A stretch of DNA of 64,000 nt from a virus (taxonomy: Duplodnaviria > Caudoviricetes), in IMG/VR virus record IMGVR_UViG_3300031949_000003. One strand, written 5' to 3'. The position numbers were made by a program, and so were the translations under genes. Shown piece by piece: positions 9,975-20,246 of this stretch (its first letter is position 1; every line of letters begins with the position of its first letter). The notes below the pieces were generated by a model. That model was given only the letters and a program-made list of their open reading frames with translations. It ran no database searches and was not told the DNA's origin.

Positions 9975-10224
9975 CACGAGGCTAGGTAGTCCCTCGTCGA
10001 CAACCCGCGCGCTCGATCGCAAGCATGCGCGTGACCGGCGGAGTCCCGCGCTCCAACGTAGATAAACGCGAGATCAAAGTCGCCGATACGTGATGGCTGA
10101 GACATGATCTCGTGGCTGCCCCGCAATCAATAATGCCGCCCCGGAATCGCATCAGAGGCAACGGTCTAGAGGCAACGCCCAGCCCACTACACCGGATCGG
10201 GGCCGGCGCGGTCCGCCGTCAGTG

Positions 10225-10348
10225 CTTGAGTCGATGAGGTGTAGGGGTTTGATCGGAGCGTCATTCGGCGTAGGGTCCCGCTGCTACGAGCCCAAACGAT
10301 GCGCCAACACCAAAAGCCGATGCCCACGAGAGAAGTTCGTCGTCAGTG
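10225..10348 (+). repeat. diverged direct duplicate of about 2100-2223 (gene junction)
   Basis: TTGATCGGAGCGTCATTCGGCGTAGGGTCCCGCTGCTACGAGCCCAAAC is identical in both copies, with similar flanks. Confidence 0.9.
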
Positions 10349-10541
10349 CGAGCGCTTCACCGCTCGCCTGCTCGCGGAAGGCGCCAACCCCGACGAACTG
10401 GTCGGCCTGCTTCTGGGTTCGATGATGCGGATCATGCGCGACCGCGGCGTCTCGCGAGAGCTGTTCATGCAGGCAAGCGCGCTGCTCTGGGACAACAACA
10501 ACCTGACCGACGTCCCCGCAGATCAAGACGGGCGCGGCTAA
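10299..10541 (+). CDS. hypothetical protein
   Basis: 80 aa; N-terminus paralogous to the truncated ORF starting at 2174. Confidence 0.6.
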   Translation: MRQHQKPMPTREVRRQCERFTARLLAEGANPDELVGLLLGSMMRIMRDRGVSRELFMQASALLWDNNNLTDVPADQDGRG

Positions 10542-10543
10542 CA

Positions 10544-10714
10544 ATGAACGACGGCCACGTCTTGGTGATCATCATCGCGGCATTCGTTGTCGTGCAGACG
10601 GTCGCGGTCGGCATCTACAAATACTTCCAAGCGCTGGCCGACCTGAAGAGCGCGGAGGCTTGCGTCCTTGTCGAAGCCGCAAAAAATCAAAACGAGAAGT
10701 CGAGCGCGCGTTGA
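10544..10714 (+). CDS. small membrane protein
   Basis: MNDGHVLVIIIAAFVVVQTVAVG; paralog at 20247-20372 (minus strand). Confidence 0.6.
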   Translation: MNDGHVLVIIIAAFVVVQTVAVGIYKYFQALADLKSAEACVLVEAAKNQNEKSSAR

Positions 10715-11047
10715 TCGACGGCTTCGTCGAACTGAAGTGCTGTGGAGCGAGCGTCGGCTTCGTGAACCCGCGACTGTTCACGGCCGCGGCCAGTAAACGA
10801 TTCGCCGCGATCCAGCAGAAGCTCGGCAACACATGGACAGAGGATCCCGAGGCCAAGGCCCTGGTCGCCGATCCGGCGTCCTACGGACCCCCGCCCGACG
10901 GCACGCCGATCCTGTTCTCCTGCGGTCGCTGCGGTGCCCATTTCACGTGGATCGGCGGCGTTCCCGTGCGGGCGTCCTCGTCGTAAACCTTCCCTAGCAG
11001 ATCTCTCTCTTGTCAGATCTGCCTTCTGTCGCAGTAGAGTCCTCCCG

Positions 11048-11362
11048 ATGCCCGCCTGCTCACCGAACCGCCCGCCACGCGAAGTCATCGATCGCCTGAT
11101 CGACGAAGTCGCGTGGGCAAAAACTTGTATGCTCATCGCCGCTGCGACCAAACCAAGCAGCCCCGAACGCGAGCACGAGATGGAGAAGCTCCGCGCTGCC
11201 ATCGTCGAGCCACGCCGCGTCATCGACGAAGCCTTCGGCAAAGGACAGTCCCTGCCGCGTGAAGTCCTCATCGCGCTGCGCACGTGCGAGCTGGCGATTC
11301 CCAAGCTCGACGCCGGCGCGGTCCTCCGCCAGCAGGCCGAGACGCCTGGAGGAGCGCCGTGA
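11048..11362 (+). CDS. hypothetical protein
   Basis: TAGAGT 7 nt before the ATG; coupled to the next gene. Confidence 0.55.
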   Translation: MPACSPNRPPREVIDRLIDEVAWAKTCMLIAAATKPSSPEREHEMEKLRAAIVEPRRVIDEAFGKGQSLPREVLIALRTCELAIPKLDAGAVLRQQAETPGGAP

Positions 11363-11772
11363 ACGCGTTCCAGGAGAAACCCGCTCCACCGACCTCGTGT
11401 CCCGACACCTTCCACCTGTGCCTGCGATCGGCGGAGCATGCCGGATTCAGCGTCCTCGATCGCGCCACCGGCAAAGAGACTGCGGCGGTCGATGAGTCCC
11501 AAGCTCGCCAGATCGCCGAGCGAGACTACCCAGGTTGTGAGTTCGCTCTATCCACGATCACGAACGCGCGCGGAAATGCCGCGCCGTCCGGTGTACCGGA
11601 CGCCGTGGTCGTTGCGGTCCTCCGTCGACTCGACGACGCGCGCTGCGAGGTCGTCGCCTACGTGGTGGCGAGTGTGATGGGCGAGGCGTGCATCCCGTTC
11701 TCGGCGAACATCTGGACGGGCGTCAAGGATCACCTCCCACACGATCACCGCCGCCCGAGGAAACGTTCATGA
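11359..11772 (+). CDS. hypothetical protein
   Basis: GGAGG SD, GTGA overlap, coupled to dnaJ. Confidence 0.6.
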   Translation: MNAFQEKPAPPTSCPDTFHLCLRSAEHAGFSVLDRATGKETAAVDESQARQIAERDYPGCEFALSTITNARGNAAPSGVPDAVVVAVLRRLDDARCEVVAYVVASVMGEACIPFSANIWTGVKDHLPHDHRRPRKRS

Positions 11773-12896
11773 ACGCGCAGCCCGGATCGCGAGATCTCTA
11801 CGAGGTACTCGGCGTCCCGCGCGGCGCGACGCCGGCCGACCTGAAGAAGGCATACCGCCAGATGGCGCAGCAGTACCATCCCGACAAGTGCCCCAACGAC
11901 AAGAGCGCAGAGGAGAAGTTCAAGGAGGCCGCGAATGCGTACCAGATCCTCTCCGACGACCAGCAGCGCGCGACCTACGACCGCTTCGGCTTCGACGGCC
12001 TGCGGCGCGGCGGAGGTGACCCTGGAGCTGGCCCAGGGTTTGGCGGCTTCAACAACGTCGAGGACATCTTCTCCGCGTTCGGCGACTTGTTCAGCGACTT
12101 CTTCACCGGACGGGGACGGGGACGCCAGCCGGGACGCGGCGCGGATCTGCGCACCGAGCTATCGATCGCTTTTCACGAAGCCATCTGGGGCGTGCGTAGA
12201 GACATCGAGATCACGCGAGCGGTCGGCTGCTCGACGTGTCGCTCGACAGGTGCCGCCCCAGGTGTCAAAGCGGAGGTGTGTCTCGGGTGCCAGGGTAAGG
12301 GGCAGGTCGTCCACGCCCAAGGCTTCTTCATGGTGCAGACGACGTGCTCGCGGTGCCAGGGTGCCGGCAAGACGATCAAAGAGCCCTGCCGCGACTGCCG
12401 TGGGCGCGGCGTCCGATCAGAGACGTCCGGGTTGACCGTGGCCGTACCGGCCGGCGTCGACGACGGTCAGTCGCTGCGCATCGCCGGGAAAGGCGAGAGC
12501 TTCCCTGGGGCTGGTGGCACCTCCGGCGATCTCTACGTCGTGCTGAGGATCGGTACCGACGATCGGTTCGAGCGCGACGGCGACGACGTCGTCAGCGAAG
12601 TCCCGATCAGCTTCTTCCAGGCTGCGCTCGGCGGTGAAGTCGAAGTCGACACGCTCGACGAAGGCTGCGAGGGAACCGTGATCTTGGAGCTCAGGCCCGG
12701 AACCCAGCCCGGCGACGAGATCGTGCGCCGCGGGCAGGGCGTCCCACACGTCGGAGACCACGGGCGCGGCGATCACTACGTCCGCTTCGTCGTCGAGATT
12801 CCCAAGAAACTGACAGCCAAGCAGGAGAAGCTCCTGCGCGAAGTGGCCGAAGACTTCCGCGTCGAGCGGCGACCCAAGAAGAAAGGGAAGCGGTGA
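11769..12896 (+). CDS. dnaJ: molecular chaperone DnaJ (class A)
   Basis: J domain with HPD, G/F-rich linker, four CxxCxGxG-type repeats, C-terminal substrate-binding domain. Confidence 0.97.
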   Translation: MNAQPGSRDLYEVLGVPRGATPADLKKAYRQMAQQYHPDKCPNDKSAEEKFKEAANAYQILSDDQQRATYDRFGFDGLRRGGGDPGAGPGFGGFNNVEDIFSAFGDLFSDFFTGRGRGRQPGRGADLRTELSIAFHEAIWGVRRDIEITRAVGCSTCRSTGAAPGVKAEVCLGCQGKGQVVHAQGFFMVQTTCSRCQGAGKTIKEPCRDCRGRGVRSETSGLTVAVPAGVDDGQSLRIAGKGESFPGAGGTSGDLYVVLRIGTDDRFERDGDDVVSEVPISFFQAALGGEVEVDTLDEGCEGTVILELRPGTQPGDEIVRRGQGVPHVGDHGRGDHYVRFVVEIPKKLTAKQEKLLREVAEDFRVERRPKKKGKR

Positions 12897-13147
12897 CAGA
12901 AACCCGCGCCACGCTGCCGCAGTGCCGGCACGCGAAGCCATGGAAGACGTGCGCCACCTGCGCGCGTCAGGCGTGGTGCGAGGACTGTGGTGCGCACATC
13001 GAGCTGGAAGCGCCGCCGCACTCGCGGGAGACCGTCACGTGCGCGGAGTGCGTCGATCGGATGATCCGCAGACCGCCGACGCGGTTACATGCGTTCGGCT
13101 GCGACTGCGACGCATGCGAGCACTTTCGCGCGGAGTACGGATCGTGA
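12893..13147 (+). CDS. Cys-rich zinc-finger-like protein
   Basis: Multiple CxxC pairs; coupled to the dnaJ stop. Confidence 0.55.
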   Translation: MTETRATLPQCRHAKPWKTCATCARQAWCEDCGAHIELEAPPHSRETVTCAECVDRMIRRPPTRLHAFGCDCDACEHFRAEYGS

Positions 13148-13376
13148 GCGTGGAAAAGAGCGTCCGCATCGTACGAGGGCTGCGCCTCGTGTCCACGCTC
13201 CCCGGCTTCTGGAGGCCTGAGTCCGATCCTGGCGCACTGTTTCAGCACATGGGCACGACGCGACTGGGCACAACAGGCGTGCGCTATACCGTAGAACGCT
13301 GGCTCACGCCGACAGGTGAAGGGGCGATGAGCCTCGACGGAGCCGTGAAGCGCTATCTCGCGAGGAAATCTTCCTC

Positions 13377-13535
13377 GTGAGCGCGAAGAAGAAACAGCTC
13401 GGAGGACTTGGGGCTATGCTGCTCGTGATTTGGGCGTTGCCGGGAATCGGCCTATCGACGCTAGCGCTGATCTGGCTCGCACGAAAACCCAAACCAGACG
13501 CCGCACCTGTGAACGAACGCGGTCGGTACGGATGA
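13377..13535 (+). CDS. small membrane protein ending in NERGRYG
   Basis: MSAKKKQLGGLGAMLLVIWALPGIGLSTLALIWLARKPKPDAAPVNERGRYG; too short for the ORF track. Confidence 0.55.
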   Translation: MSAKKKQLGGLGAMLLVIWALPGIGLSTLALIWLARKPKPDAAPVNERGRYG

Positions 13536-14178
13536 GAATACTCCGGCGCCTCTTCTGCGCAGTGACGTGGCATTCATGGGTGCCGATGTTGGTCGAAGCG
13601 CGCGCTCTCTGCGAATGCTCGTTCTGCGGGACCCGGCGATGGATCTCGCTCTCCTGCTTCGATAAGCGATGAATCAACGACGACTCAAGATGCGCGAGCG
13701 CACGCGCGCGGTAACATGCCCGACGTGCGACGCACTACCAGGCGCGAGCTGCTCTATGAACACGCGGGACGAACCCGACGTGCATCCTCGTCGCATCGCG
13801 CTTGCAGATCGCACGGTGTTCGCGCGATCAATACTTGCACTCACAATCGGAGATCCGTAGCGTGAGCGTCGTGGTGGTGACAACGATCTCGTGTGACGCC
13901 TCGATCCTGCGCTGCTCGAGCTGCCAGGTAGAAGTCGCGACGGCAGTCGCCGTATCCGACGTCGATTGCCGGCTATGCGGTGGCGTGATGCAGTTCGATC
14001 GTCGCTGCGAGACAGGTTTCTCGCTGCACAAGGACTCCATCTTGATCCGCTGCATCGCGGAGAACAAAGACGGCTGGCGCTGCGAGGACAAGGGCGGACG
14101 CGACTTCTGCCGCGAGCACACGCATCTCGCGAATCCTGCTCGTGTGTCGCAACCGACGCCACGCGCGATCGGCGACGC

Positions 14179-14388
14179 GTGAAGGCCACTGGATTGAATG
14201 AGAGGTCACGCCGTGTTCAGCGCGCCAAGAAGGCGGCTCGTGCGTACATCCAATCGATGGTGAAGCCCTCGAAGGCCACGCGGAAGGCTGCGCAGAAGCG
14301 CTACCTCGCATCGCCGAAGGGGAAGGCCACGCAGAAGCGCTACCTCGCATCGCTGAAGGCGAAGGCCGCAATGAAGAAGAAGGCGTAG
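14179..14388 (+). CDS. Lys/Ala-rich basic protein with 39-bp (QKRYLASPKGKAT) repeat
   Basis: Two copies of cagaagcgctacctcgcatcgc. Confidence 0.55.
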   Translation: MKATGLNERSRRVQRAKKAARAYIQSMVKPSKATRKAAQKRYLASPKGKATQKRYLASLKAKAAMKKKA

Positions 14389-14391
14389 CCC

Positions 14392-14832
14392 TTGTTAAGC
14401 AAGAAGGAACTCGAAGCACAGGCGATGGTCGCGCTCGACGCCTTCGAAGAAGAGGATCCGCGTGCCGCCGTACTCCTCGTGCCCATCCACACAAACGTGA
14501 TCGCGCACGGCGAGCGAGAGGGGCGCAAGGACTACGAGGGCCGTGCCAAGGACGTAGCAGCAGGTCTGGGGGATCCTGAATGGGTGTGGCCGTACCTCAA
14601 CGCCGCCGACGCTCACCTCGACGCGATCGGAATCCACTGGATTGCGCGAGCGATTGGAATTCCAGTGCGCCTATGGGAACACGTCTCGGAAGCGTGGCTC
14701 GAAGCGTTCAAGCGCGGCTACATCGCGGCGGGCGAAGCTGGAGCTGCCGCTACGCGCAAGAAGGCAGCGCAGCTCGATCGCGAGATCGCCGAGGCGCTCA
14801 GTGCGCGCCCTGGACGGAGCCGCGGAAGATGA
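14392..14832 (+). CDS. hypothetical protein with C-terminal KKAAQLDREIAEAL module
   Basis: 146 aa ORF; module at 14758-14799. Confidence 0.7.
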   Translation: MLSKKELEAQAMVALDAFEEEDPRAAVLLVPIHTNVIAHGEREGRKDYEGRAKDVAAGLGDPEWVWPYLNAADAHLDAIGIHWIARAIGIPVRLWEHVSEAWLEAFKRGYIAAGEAGAAATRKKAAQLDREIAEALSARPGRSRGR

Positions 14833-14980
14833 GCGGTCCGCCAGTCTTCCGCGCGCGTTTCGTTACGTGAATGGGGTTGCCTCGCATTCGAGATGCTTGC
14901 CTCCGAATCAGCTCGTCGCGGAACGGTCTGGAGTCAAAGCCTAGCTAGCCTAGCTGACTCGCATGAGATCTCCTTGTGGT

Positions 14981-16126
14981 CTATGTGCCGATCGCAAACA
15001 AGTATGCCCGCCCCGGACCGCCGTCGCCGCCGTCGGTCGTATTGACCGCGCCGCCACGCGCTCCACCGGCGCCGCCTACCACGCTCACCGTCGGGAAGGC
15101 GCCGCTCGTGACCACCGTGGCGATGCCGCCGCCGCCACCACCGCCACCACCGCCTTTGGTTCCACCGGAGGCACCGCCGTTGCCGCCCCTGGCCTCGATC
15201 GAGCCCACACCCGTGATCGTGCGCGCGCACACGACGCCGTTCGCGCCACTCGCACCACCGCCACCGCCACCACCACCAACGGCGTCACCCGCTGCCCCAT
15301 GACCGCCGCCGCCACTGGAGCTGGTGCCGAGTTGGGCGTTGACGACGTTTCGGCCGGCAACGGCCTGCGCGATCACGAAGCCGTGATGCGCGTTGAGAAA
15401 CTGATTCGTCGTCGGCAGGGCGGTGACGGTCCCGCCGCCTGTACCGGCGTTATTGGCGCCACCGCCGCCGCCTTGCAGGCTTCCGCCATCCGAGCCCGCG
15501 GCTCCAATACCGATCGCGCCCCCGATATGCGTCGAGGTCGGTGGCTGTCCGGCGCTGCCGCTACCACCGCTACCGGCGTCTGCGGCGCCGCCGGTAAACG
15601 TCACGCCATTAGTCACGCCACTATTGAGGGGCTTGGTCGCTGGGTCCCATGGACGCACCCCACCGGTACCGCCGGCCGTGACGCCGCCATCCGAACCAGC
15701 ACCGCCGTTGCTCGTGATCTTGCCGTTGAGTACGAGCGCGCCAAGTACGAACAGCCGGTAGCCACCAGTGACGACCTCGACGCCTGCATCGACTGTCATC
15801 GACGACGCAAACGTATCGCGCGTGAGTGTGTAGATGCCCGCCGCCGGAACGATCGACAGGCCGAAGAAACCAGAGCCGGTGACAGTCGACACGCCGTCGA
15901 ACACGAGCGCGCCGTCGATCCCTGTGCCATACCAGCGCGAGCCGATGCCGGTGACGTCGATCGTCAGCTGATAGACCGCGGAGTCCTCGGTCTGCGCGAA
16001 CAGCTGCGAGATGCCGCCCACGTCTTTGGAATAGACCTGTACGAGATCGGCGACCGCGCCTGGATCGAGCGTGCGTTCAAGGAGCTTCAAGACGTGCGCA
16101 CCCGCGCGGCGAATCAAGTTGGTCAT
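14981..16126 (-). CDS. glycine-rich fibre/adhesin-like protein, paralog 3
   Basis: WYGTGIDGALVFDG, YTLTRD and GYRLFV motifs plus poly-Gly tracts. Confidence 0.8.
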   Translation of the reverse strand: MTNLIRRAGAHVLKLLERTLDPGAVADLVQVYSKDVGGISQLFAQTEDSAVYQLTIDVTGIGSRWYGTGIDGALVFDGVSTVTGSGFFGLSIVPAAGIYTLTRDTFASSMTVDAGVEVVTGGYRLFVLGALVLNGKITSNGGAGSDGGVTAGGTGGVRPWDPATKPLNSGVTNGVTFTGGAADAGSGGSGSAGQPPTSTHIGGAIGIGAAGSDGGSLQGGGGGANNAGTGGGTVTALPTTNQFLNAHHGFVIAQAVAGRNVVNAQLGTSSSGGGGHGAAGDAVGGGGGGGGASGANGVVCARTITGVGSIEARGGNGGASGGTKGGGGGGGGGGIATVVTSGAFPTVSVVGGAGGARGGAVNTTDGGDGGPGRAYLFAIGT

Positions 16127-17226
16127 AGGCCCACCAAGCGATACGTGACTACCTGCCCGTTACCGCCAGTGCCCCCTGGCTGGGCTCCAACCGTGGCACC
16201 TGCTGCCCCAGCTGCGCCGCCGGATGCACTCGTCGTCGGCAACGTGCTGGACGTGGTGATAAGCATCAGCAAAGCACCTCCACCACCACCGCCACCACCG
16301 CCGCCCAGGTTGCCATTGCCGCCGTTGCCGCCGTTGGCAGTGATCGATCCTGCGCCCGTGATCGTGCGCGCGCTCACGACAATCGAGCCCGCACTGCCAC
16401 CACCACCGCCACCACCGCCGCTGATCGATCCACCGCGTCCACCACCGCCGCTGGAGGGCGTCATGTCGACATCGGCGTTATTGATCGTACGCGCGCAAAT
16501 TGCTTGCAAGAGATCTTGCGTGTGGTGCGAGTTGACGAGCTGATTGCCGACCACCAGCGCGGCGACGGTCGCGCCCGCCGTGCCGATGTCATTTGCGCCA
16601 CCGCCACCGCCAGCAAACAGTCCGCCGTTCGCACCCGCTGCGGTAGCGCCCGCCTGGGCACCATACCATGCAGCAGTGCCGCCGACTCCAGCGACACCGG
16701 CAGCGGTGACAGCACCACCCGCGCCGCCCGCGAGTCCGCGCCAGAGTAGTGCGCCGAGTCCCGCGGCGCCCGCGGCGCCCGCGGCGTTGCCCGCGCTGTT
16801 GCCGCCGTTGCCGCCATTGTTGTGAATGAGGCCGCCGAGCGCGAGCGCGTTGGAAACGAAGATCCGATAGCCGTTGTTCTTGATCGTCGCGCCCACGGCC
16901 AACGTCAAATTGTTCGCGAAGATGTCGCGCGTCAGCGTGTACACCGTCGCGACTGGAGCCAACGAAAGCCCTGCGAAGCCGGTGACCGTCGCAGCGCCAT
17001 CGAAGTTCAGATTGCCGTCGATCCCAGAGCCGAACCACTCCGAGCCTGAAGTCGCCGCAGCAGTCAGTTGATAGATCGTCCCGTCGCTTGCGCGTGCGAA
17101 CAGCTGCGCGATTCCGTTTACGTCCATCGGATACATCTGCACCTCGTTGGCGGCCGCTGCTGGATCGAGCGCCAGACGCAGCAAGCGCAAGAGGTCGGCG
17201 CCTGCGCGCCTGAACAAGCTGCTCAT
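16123..17226 (-). CDS. glycine-rich fibre/adhesin-like protein, paralog 2
   Basis: Start MSSLFRRAGADLLRLL (ATGA overlap); WFGSGIDG, YTLTRD and GYRIFV motifs. Confidence 0.8.
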   Translation of the reverse strand: MSSLFRRAGADLLRLLRLALDPAAAANEVQMYPMDVNGIAQLFARASDGTIYQLTAAATSGSEWFGSGIDGNLNFDGAATVTGFAGLSLAPVATVYTLTRDIFANNLTLAVGATIKNNGYRIFVSNALALGGLIHNNGGNGGNSAGNAAGAAGAAGLGALLWRGLAGGAGGAVTAAGVAGVGGTAAWYGAQAGATAAGANGGLFAGGGGGANDIGTAGATVAALVVGNQLVNSHHTQDLLQAICARTINNADVDMTPSSGGGGRGGSISGGGGGGGGSAGSIVVSARTITGAGSITANGGNGGNGNLGGGGGGGGGGALLMLITTSSTLPTTSASGGAAGAAGATVGAQPGGTGGNGQVVTYRLVGL

Positions 17227-18335
17227 GATCCGGTCACCGTGAAGAGGTACGTGATCCCGGTGCCGCCCGAGCCACCGGCCGTACTGGCGCCGCCACCACC
17301 GGCCGCCCCGCCCACGCCACCAACCACGCTCACTGTCGGGAATGCACCGCTCGTAACGACCGACGCGATGCCACCGGCACCGCCACCACCACCGCCGCCG
17401 TCGGTGTTGCCGTTGCCACCGTTGCCACCCTGGGACTCGATCGTTCCAGCTCCGATGATAAATCGCGCGCACACCACGACACCGCCACCGCTCGCGCCAC
17501 TGCCACCGCCACCGCCAGCGCCCGCGCCCGAGGCCCCGCGCCCGCCGCCACCGCTCGAGCCGGTCGACATCTGAACGCCATTGATGGTGCGGCCATTGAC
17601 GGCCTGGTAGAGCACGAAGTGCTGCGTGCCATTGAGGGCCGAGATGCCGGTGATCCCGGGCGCAATCGCCCCGATGGTCCCCGCGTCGTTCGCGCCACCG
17701 CCACCGCCAGCGCACACGCCACCGTTGCCGCCGGCCGCCGTGTTCGCGGTCTGACTCCCAAGATGTCCTGGCGTCCCAACGGTACCGTTGACGCCCGCGC
17801 CCGTCGGAGCCCCACCAAGGGAGCCAGCAGCTCCTCCGTACAGAACCGCCGATACCGACGCGACCGCGCCTGCGGCACCCGCGGCGACCGCCGTGGCATT
17901 GCCTCCGGCGCCACCGTTTTGCGAGATCGCACCGTCGAGTGTCAGCGTATTGAGCACGAACACGCGATAACCGGCGGTCACCACACGCACGCCCGCGTCG
18001 ACTGTCATATCCGTCGCGAAAATATCGCGTGTGAGCGTGTAGACGCTGGCCACCGGAACGAGTGACAACGCGGCGAAGCCCGTGCCAGTAACCGTCGCGG
18101 CGCCATCGAACACGAGCGGTCCGTCGATGCCCGTGCCGTACCAGGCCAACCCGCCCCCACTTGGGATCGGCGGGACGAGCAGGTAGATCGTTCCGTCGCT
18201 TGTTCGCGCATACGATCGAGTGACCCCAGCGTCATCCTGTCCGTAGATCTGGACCTGGTTCGCAACCGCTGCGGGAGCCGCGACGCTCGCCAGGACGCGC
18301 AAGATCTCAGCGGCGGCTCGACGGACGAGGCTCAC
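17223..18335 (-). CDS. glycine-rich fibre/adhesin-like protein, paralog 1
   Basis: GTG start with AGGAG SD, MSLVRRAAAEILRVL; same motifs as the other two paralogs. Confidence 0.8.
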   Translation of the reverse strand: MSLVRRAAAEILRVLASVAAPAAVANQVQIYGQDDAGVTRSYARTSDGTIYLLVPPIPSGGGLAWYGTGIDGPLVFDGAATVTGTGFAALSLVPVASVYTLTRDIFATDMTVDAGVRVVTAGYRVFVLNTLTLDGAISQNGGAGGNATAVAAGAAGAVASVSAVLYGGAAGSLGGAPTGAGVNGTVGTPGHLGSQTANTAAGGNGGVCAGGGGGANDAGTIGAIAPGITGISALNGTQHFVLYQAVNGRTINGVQMSTGSSGGGGRGASGAGAGGGGGSGASGGGVVVCARFIIGAGTIESQGGNGGNGNTDGGGGGGGAGGIASVVTSGAFPTVSVVGGVGGAAGGGGASTAGGSGGTGITYLFTVTGS

Positions 18336-18409
18336 AAGCAGTCTCCTGTCGAGTGCCCGAGCTTGAGCAACCTCAGACGCGCGGCGCCTGCGTTGCGAAT
18401 GCGCGACAT
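18332..18409 (-). pseudogene. N-terminal remnant of a fourth glycine-rich paralog
   Basis: [17 protein letters not shown] matches the paralog N-termini; coupled to neighbouring genes on both sides. Confidence 0.55.
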
Positions 18410-19263
18410 CAGGCCGACTCTTCGATCTCGAGCCACGATTCGAGATCGGTCGTGGTCGGTGTGAAGTCGCCCGTTGTGGTGACCAGGACGCCCACCAGAT
18501 CGCCCGCGACGAACGTGTCGATCCCGGCTGCTTGCGTGGTTCTGCCGTCCGTGCCCGCCGCGAGGGCAACAGCGAGCGTCCCGGCGACCCCGTTGATCGA
18601 AACCGTGATCGTCAACGTTCCAGCCGTCACCGCTTCGGTCAGCCGCGCGTTGAGCCCGACGATCGAGCCCGCGCGCATCATCGGGATGTCGTCGAAGTTG
18701 GTCGAGACTTGCGCGAACAGGGGAACGTTCGTTTGTGTCGCAGCGACGTTCTGCTGCGCCCACTGTTCCGGCGGCGCGAAGCGTGGAGTCGCATCACCCG
18801 TCGGTCCTGTCGCGCCCGTCGATCCGATCGTGCCTGTCGGACCAGTCGCGCCCGTCGGACCAGTCGCTCCGATCGCGCCCGTCGGCCCTGTCGGCCCTAG
18901 CGCTCCGGTCGAGCCTGTCGAGCCCGTCGGTCCGGTGGCGCCGATCGCGCCCGTCGGTCCCGTCGGCCCCGTCGTTCCAACCGCTCCAGTCGGTCCCGTC
19001 GGTCCCGTCGGTCCCGTCGGTCCGGTGGCGCCTGTCGGTCCAGTGGCCCCGGTGTTCGCAGCGAGTCCCATCGGCCCCGTCGAGCCTGTGGGACCTGTCG
19101 GACCTGTGGGTCCAGTCGGTCCTGTGGTGCCGGTGCCGCCTCCAGCGGGCCCTGTCGGCCCGGTGAATCCGTCGTGTCCTCGACGGCCCCGCTTGCCGCG
19201 TTCGCCACGTTCACACTCATCGTCGTCGTCGCAGCCGGGCTGCGTGATCTGGATTTCGGCCAC
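18409..19263 (-). CDS. collagen-like (GPT-repeat, BclA-like) protein
   Basis: Long Gly-Pro-Thr run, [20 protein letters not shown] leader, beta-rich C-terminal head. Confidence 0.9.
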   Translation of the reverse strand: MAEIQITQPGCDDDDECERGERGKRGRRGHDGFTGPTGPAGGGTGTTGPTGPTGPTGPTGSTGPMGLAANTGATGPTGATGPTGPTGPTGPTGAVGTTGPTGPTGAIGATGPTGSTGSTGALGPTGPTGAIGATGPTGATGPTGTIGSTGATGPTGDATPRFAPPEQWAQQNVAATQTNVPLFAQVSTNFDDIPMMRAGSIVGLNARLTEAVTAGTLTITVSINGVAGTLAVALAAGTDGRTTQAAGIDTFVAGDLVGVLVTTTGDFTPTTTDLESWLEIEESA

Positions 19264-19400
19264 AGCCCACCGTATCTGACGCGCGTACCCCTTTCCAGAA
19301 ATTGACCACTGCCCTCAGCTCGATTTTTGAACAGTTACTGAGCTGTTTGGATGATTTGCACCTAAGAGGCGACGGCTCGCGTCGCGTGATAGGTCTGTTC

Positions 19401-19781
19401 ATGGAGAAACGGCTCACGTGCCCACGGTGCGACGCCGACCACGAGTACGACGTGCCCGCCCGTGAGGTGACTGCTTCTCTTCGCGGCGTGCGATGTAGGG
19501 CGTGCGGGCATCGCTTCGGGTATGGCTTCGCACCCGAATACGTGACCGAGCGCGAACCCGAACTAGAGAATCGAAGCGAGATCGACGGCTCCTACGACAG
19601 CGCGGTCGAGACTCCCGCTGCACGAGAGCGACTCACGCGTCACGTGACGCGGTACACCGCGTATCACGACCGTGATCGCGACATCCTGCTCCTACATCTG
19701 CTCGACATGGCAGATCGCCTCGACGACGAGCTGACGACGATCAAGCGCACGCTTGACGTGCTGACGAAACGCGGGCGCTAG
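19401..19781 (+). CDS. zinc-ribbon domain protein
   Basis: CPRC...VRCRACGHRF followed by a coiled-coil-like C-terminus. Confidence 0.7.
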   Translation: MEKRLTCPRCDADHEYDVPAREVTASLRGVRCRACGHRFGYGFAPEYVTEREPELENRSEIDGSYDSAVETPAARERLTRHVTRYTAYHDRDRDILLLHLLDMADRLDDELTTIKRTLDVLTKRGR

Positions 19782-20246
19782 GCTCGTCGGAGCCTAAGGC
19801 GCTCCGTCACACCGAAGACATTCGCGGGCGCTTCGATACGCCTCATGTGGAACGTGATCGAGGGCGTCATCATCGACGTAACGGCGACCCAGTTCAATGA
19901 CTCGATGGTGAACCGGCTGTGTTTGGCGTGCTCGTCACGAGACAGCCGCGCCTCGCGAACAGCCCTATCGAGGCGTGCGCTCACCAGCACACCTCCCAAC
20001 CGCCTGGCGCCCAGCCCTGGCGCACGATCGCGGCGACGCACTGATCCTTCGCGTCTCGCAGCGACGAGCACTCGCTGTTCTCGCCGCCGGTGCCGCGGTC
20101 GTCCCACGTGTGCCACGTGAATCGATGCTCGTCGTTCTGCCAGATCGTGGCTCGCGCGCACCCGCGGCCGTCAAGGAGATCCCATTTGCCGTCACGCGCT
20201 ACGAGCCGCGGCAAGATGGAGCGATCGGCCCAGCGCCACGGTTTGA

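Noticed and set aside
14963-16543. Long plus-strand ORF of 526 aa (likewise 18353-19279, 26537-27856, 44742-45383, 49382-50704)
   Set aside because: These are antisense or off-frame shadows of real genes, expected in high-GC DNA, with no motifs of their own.
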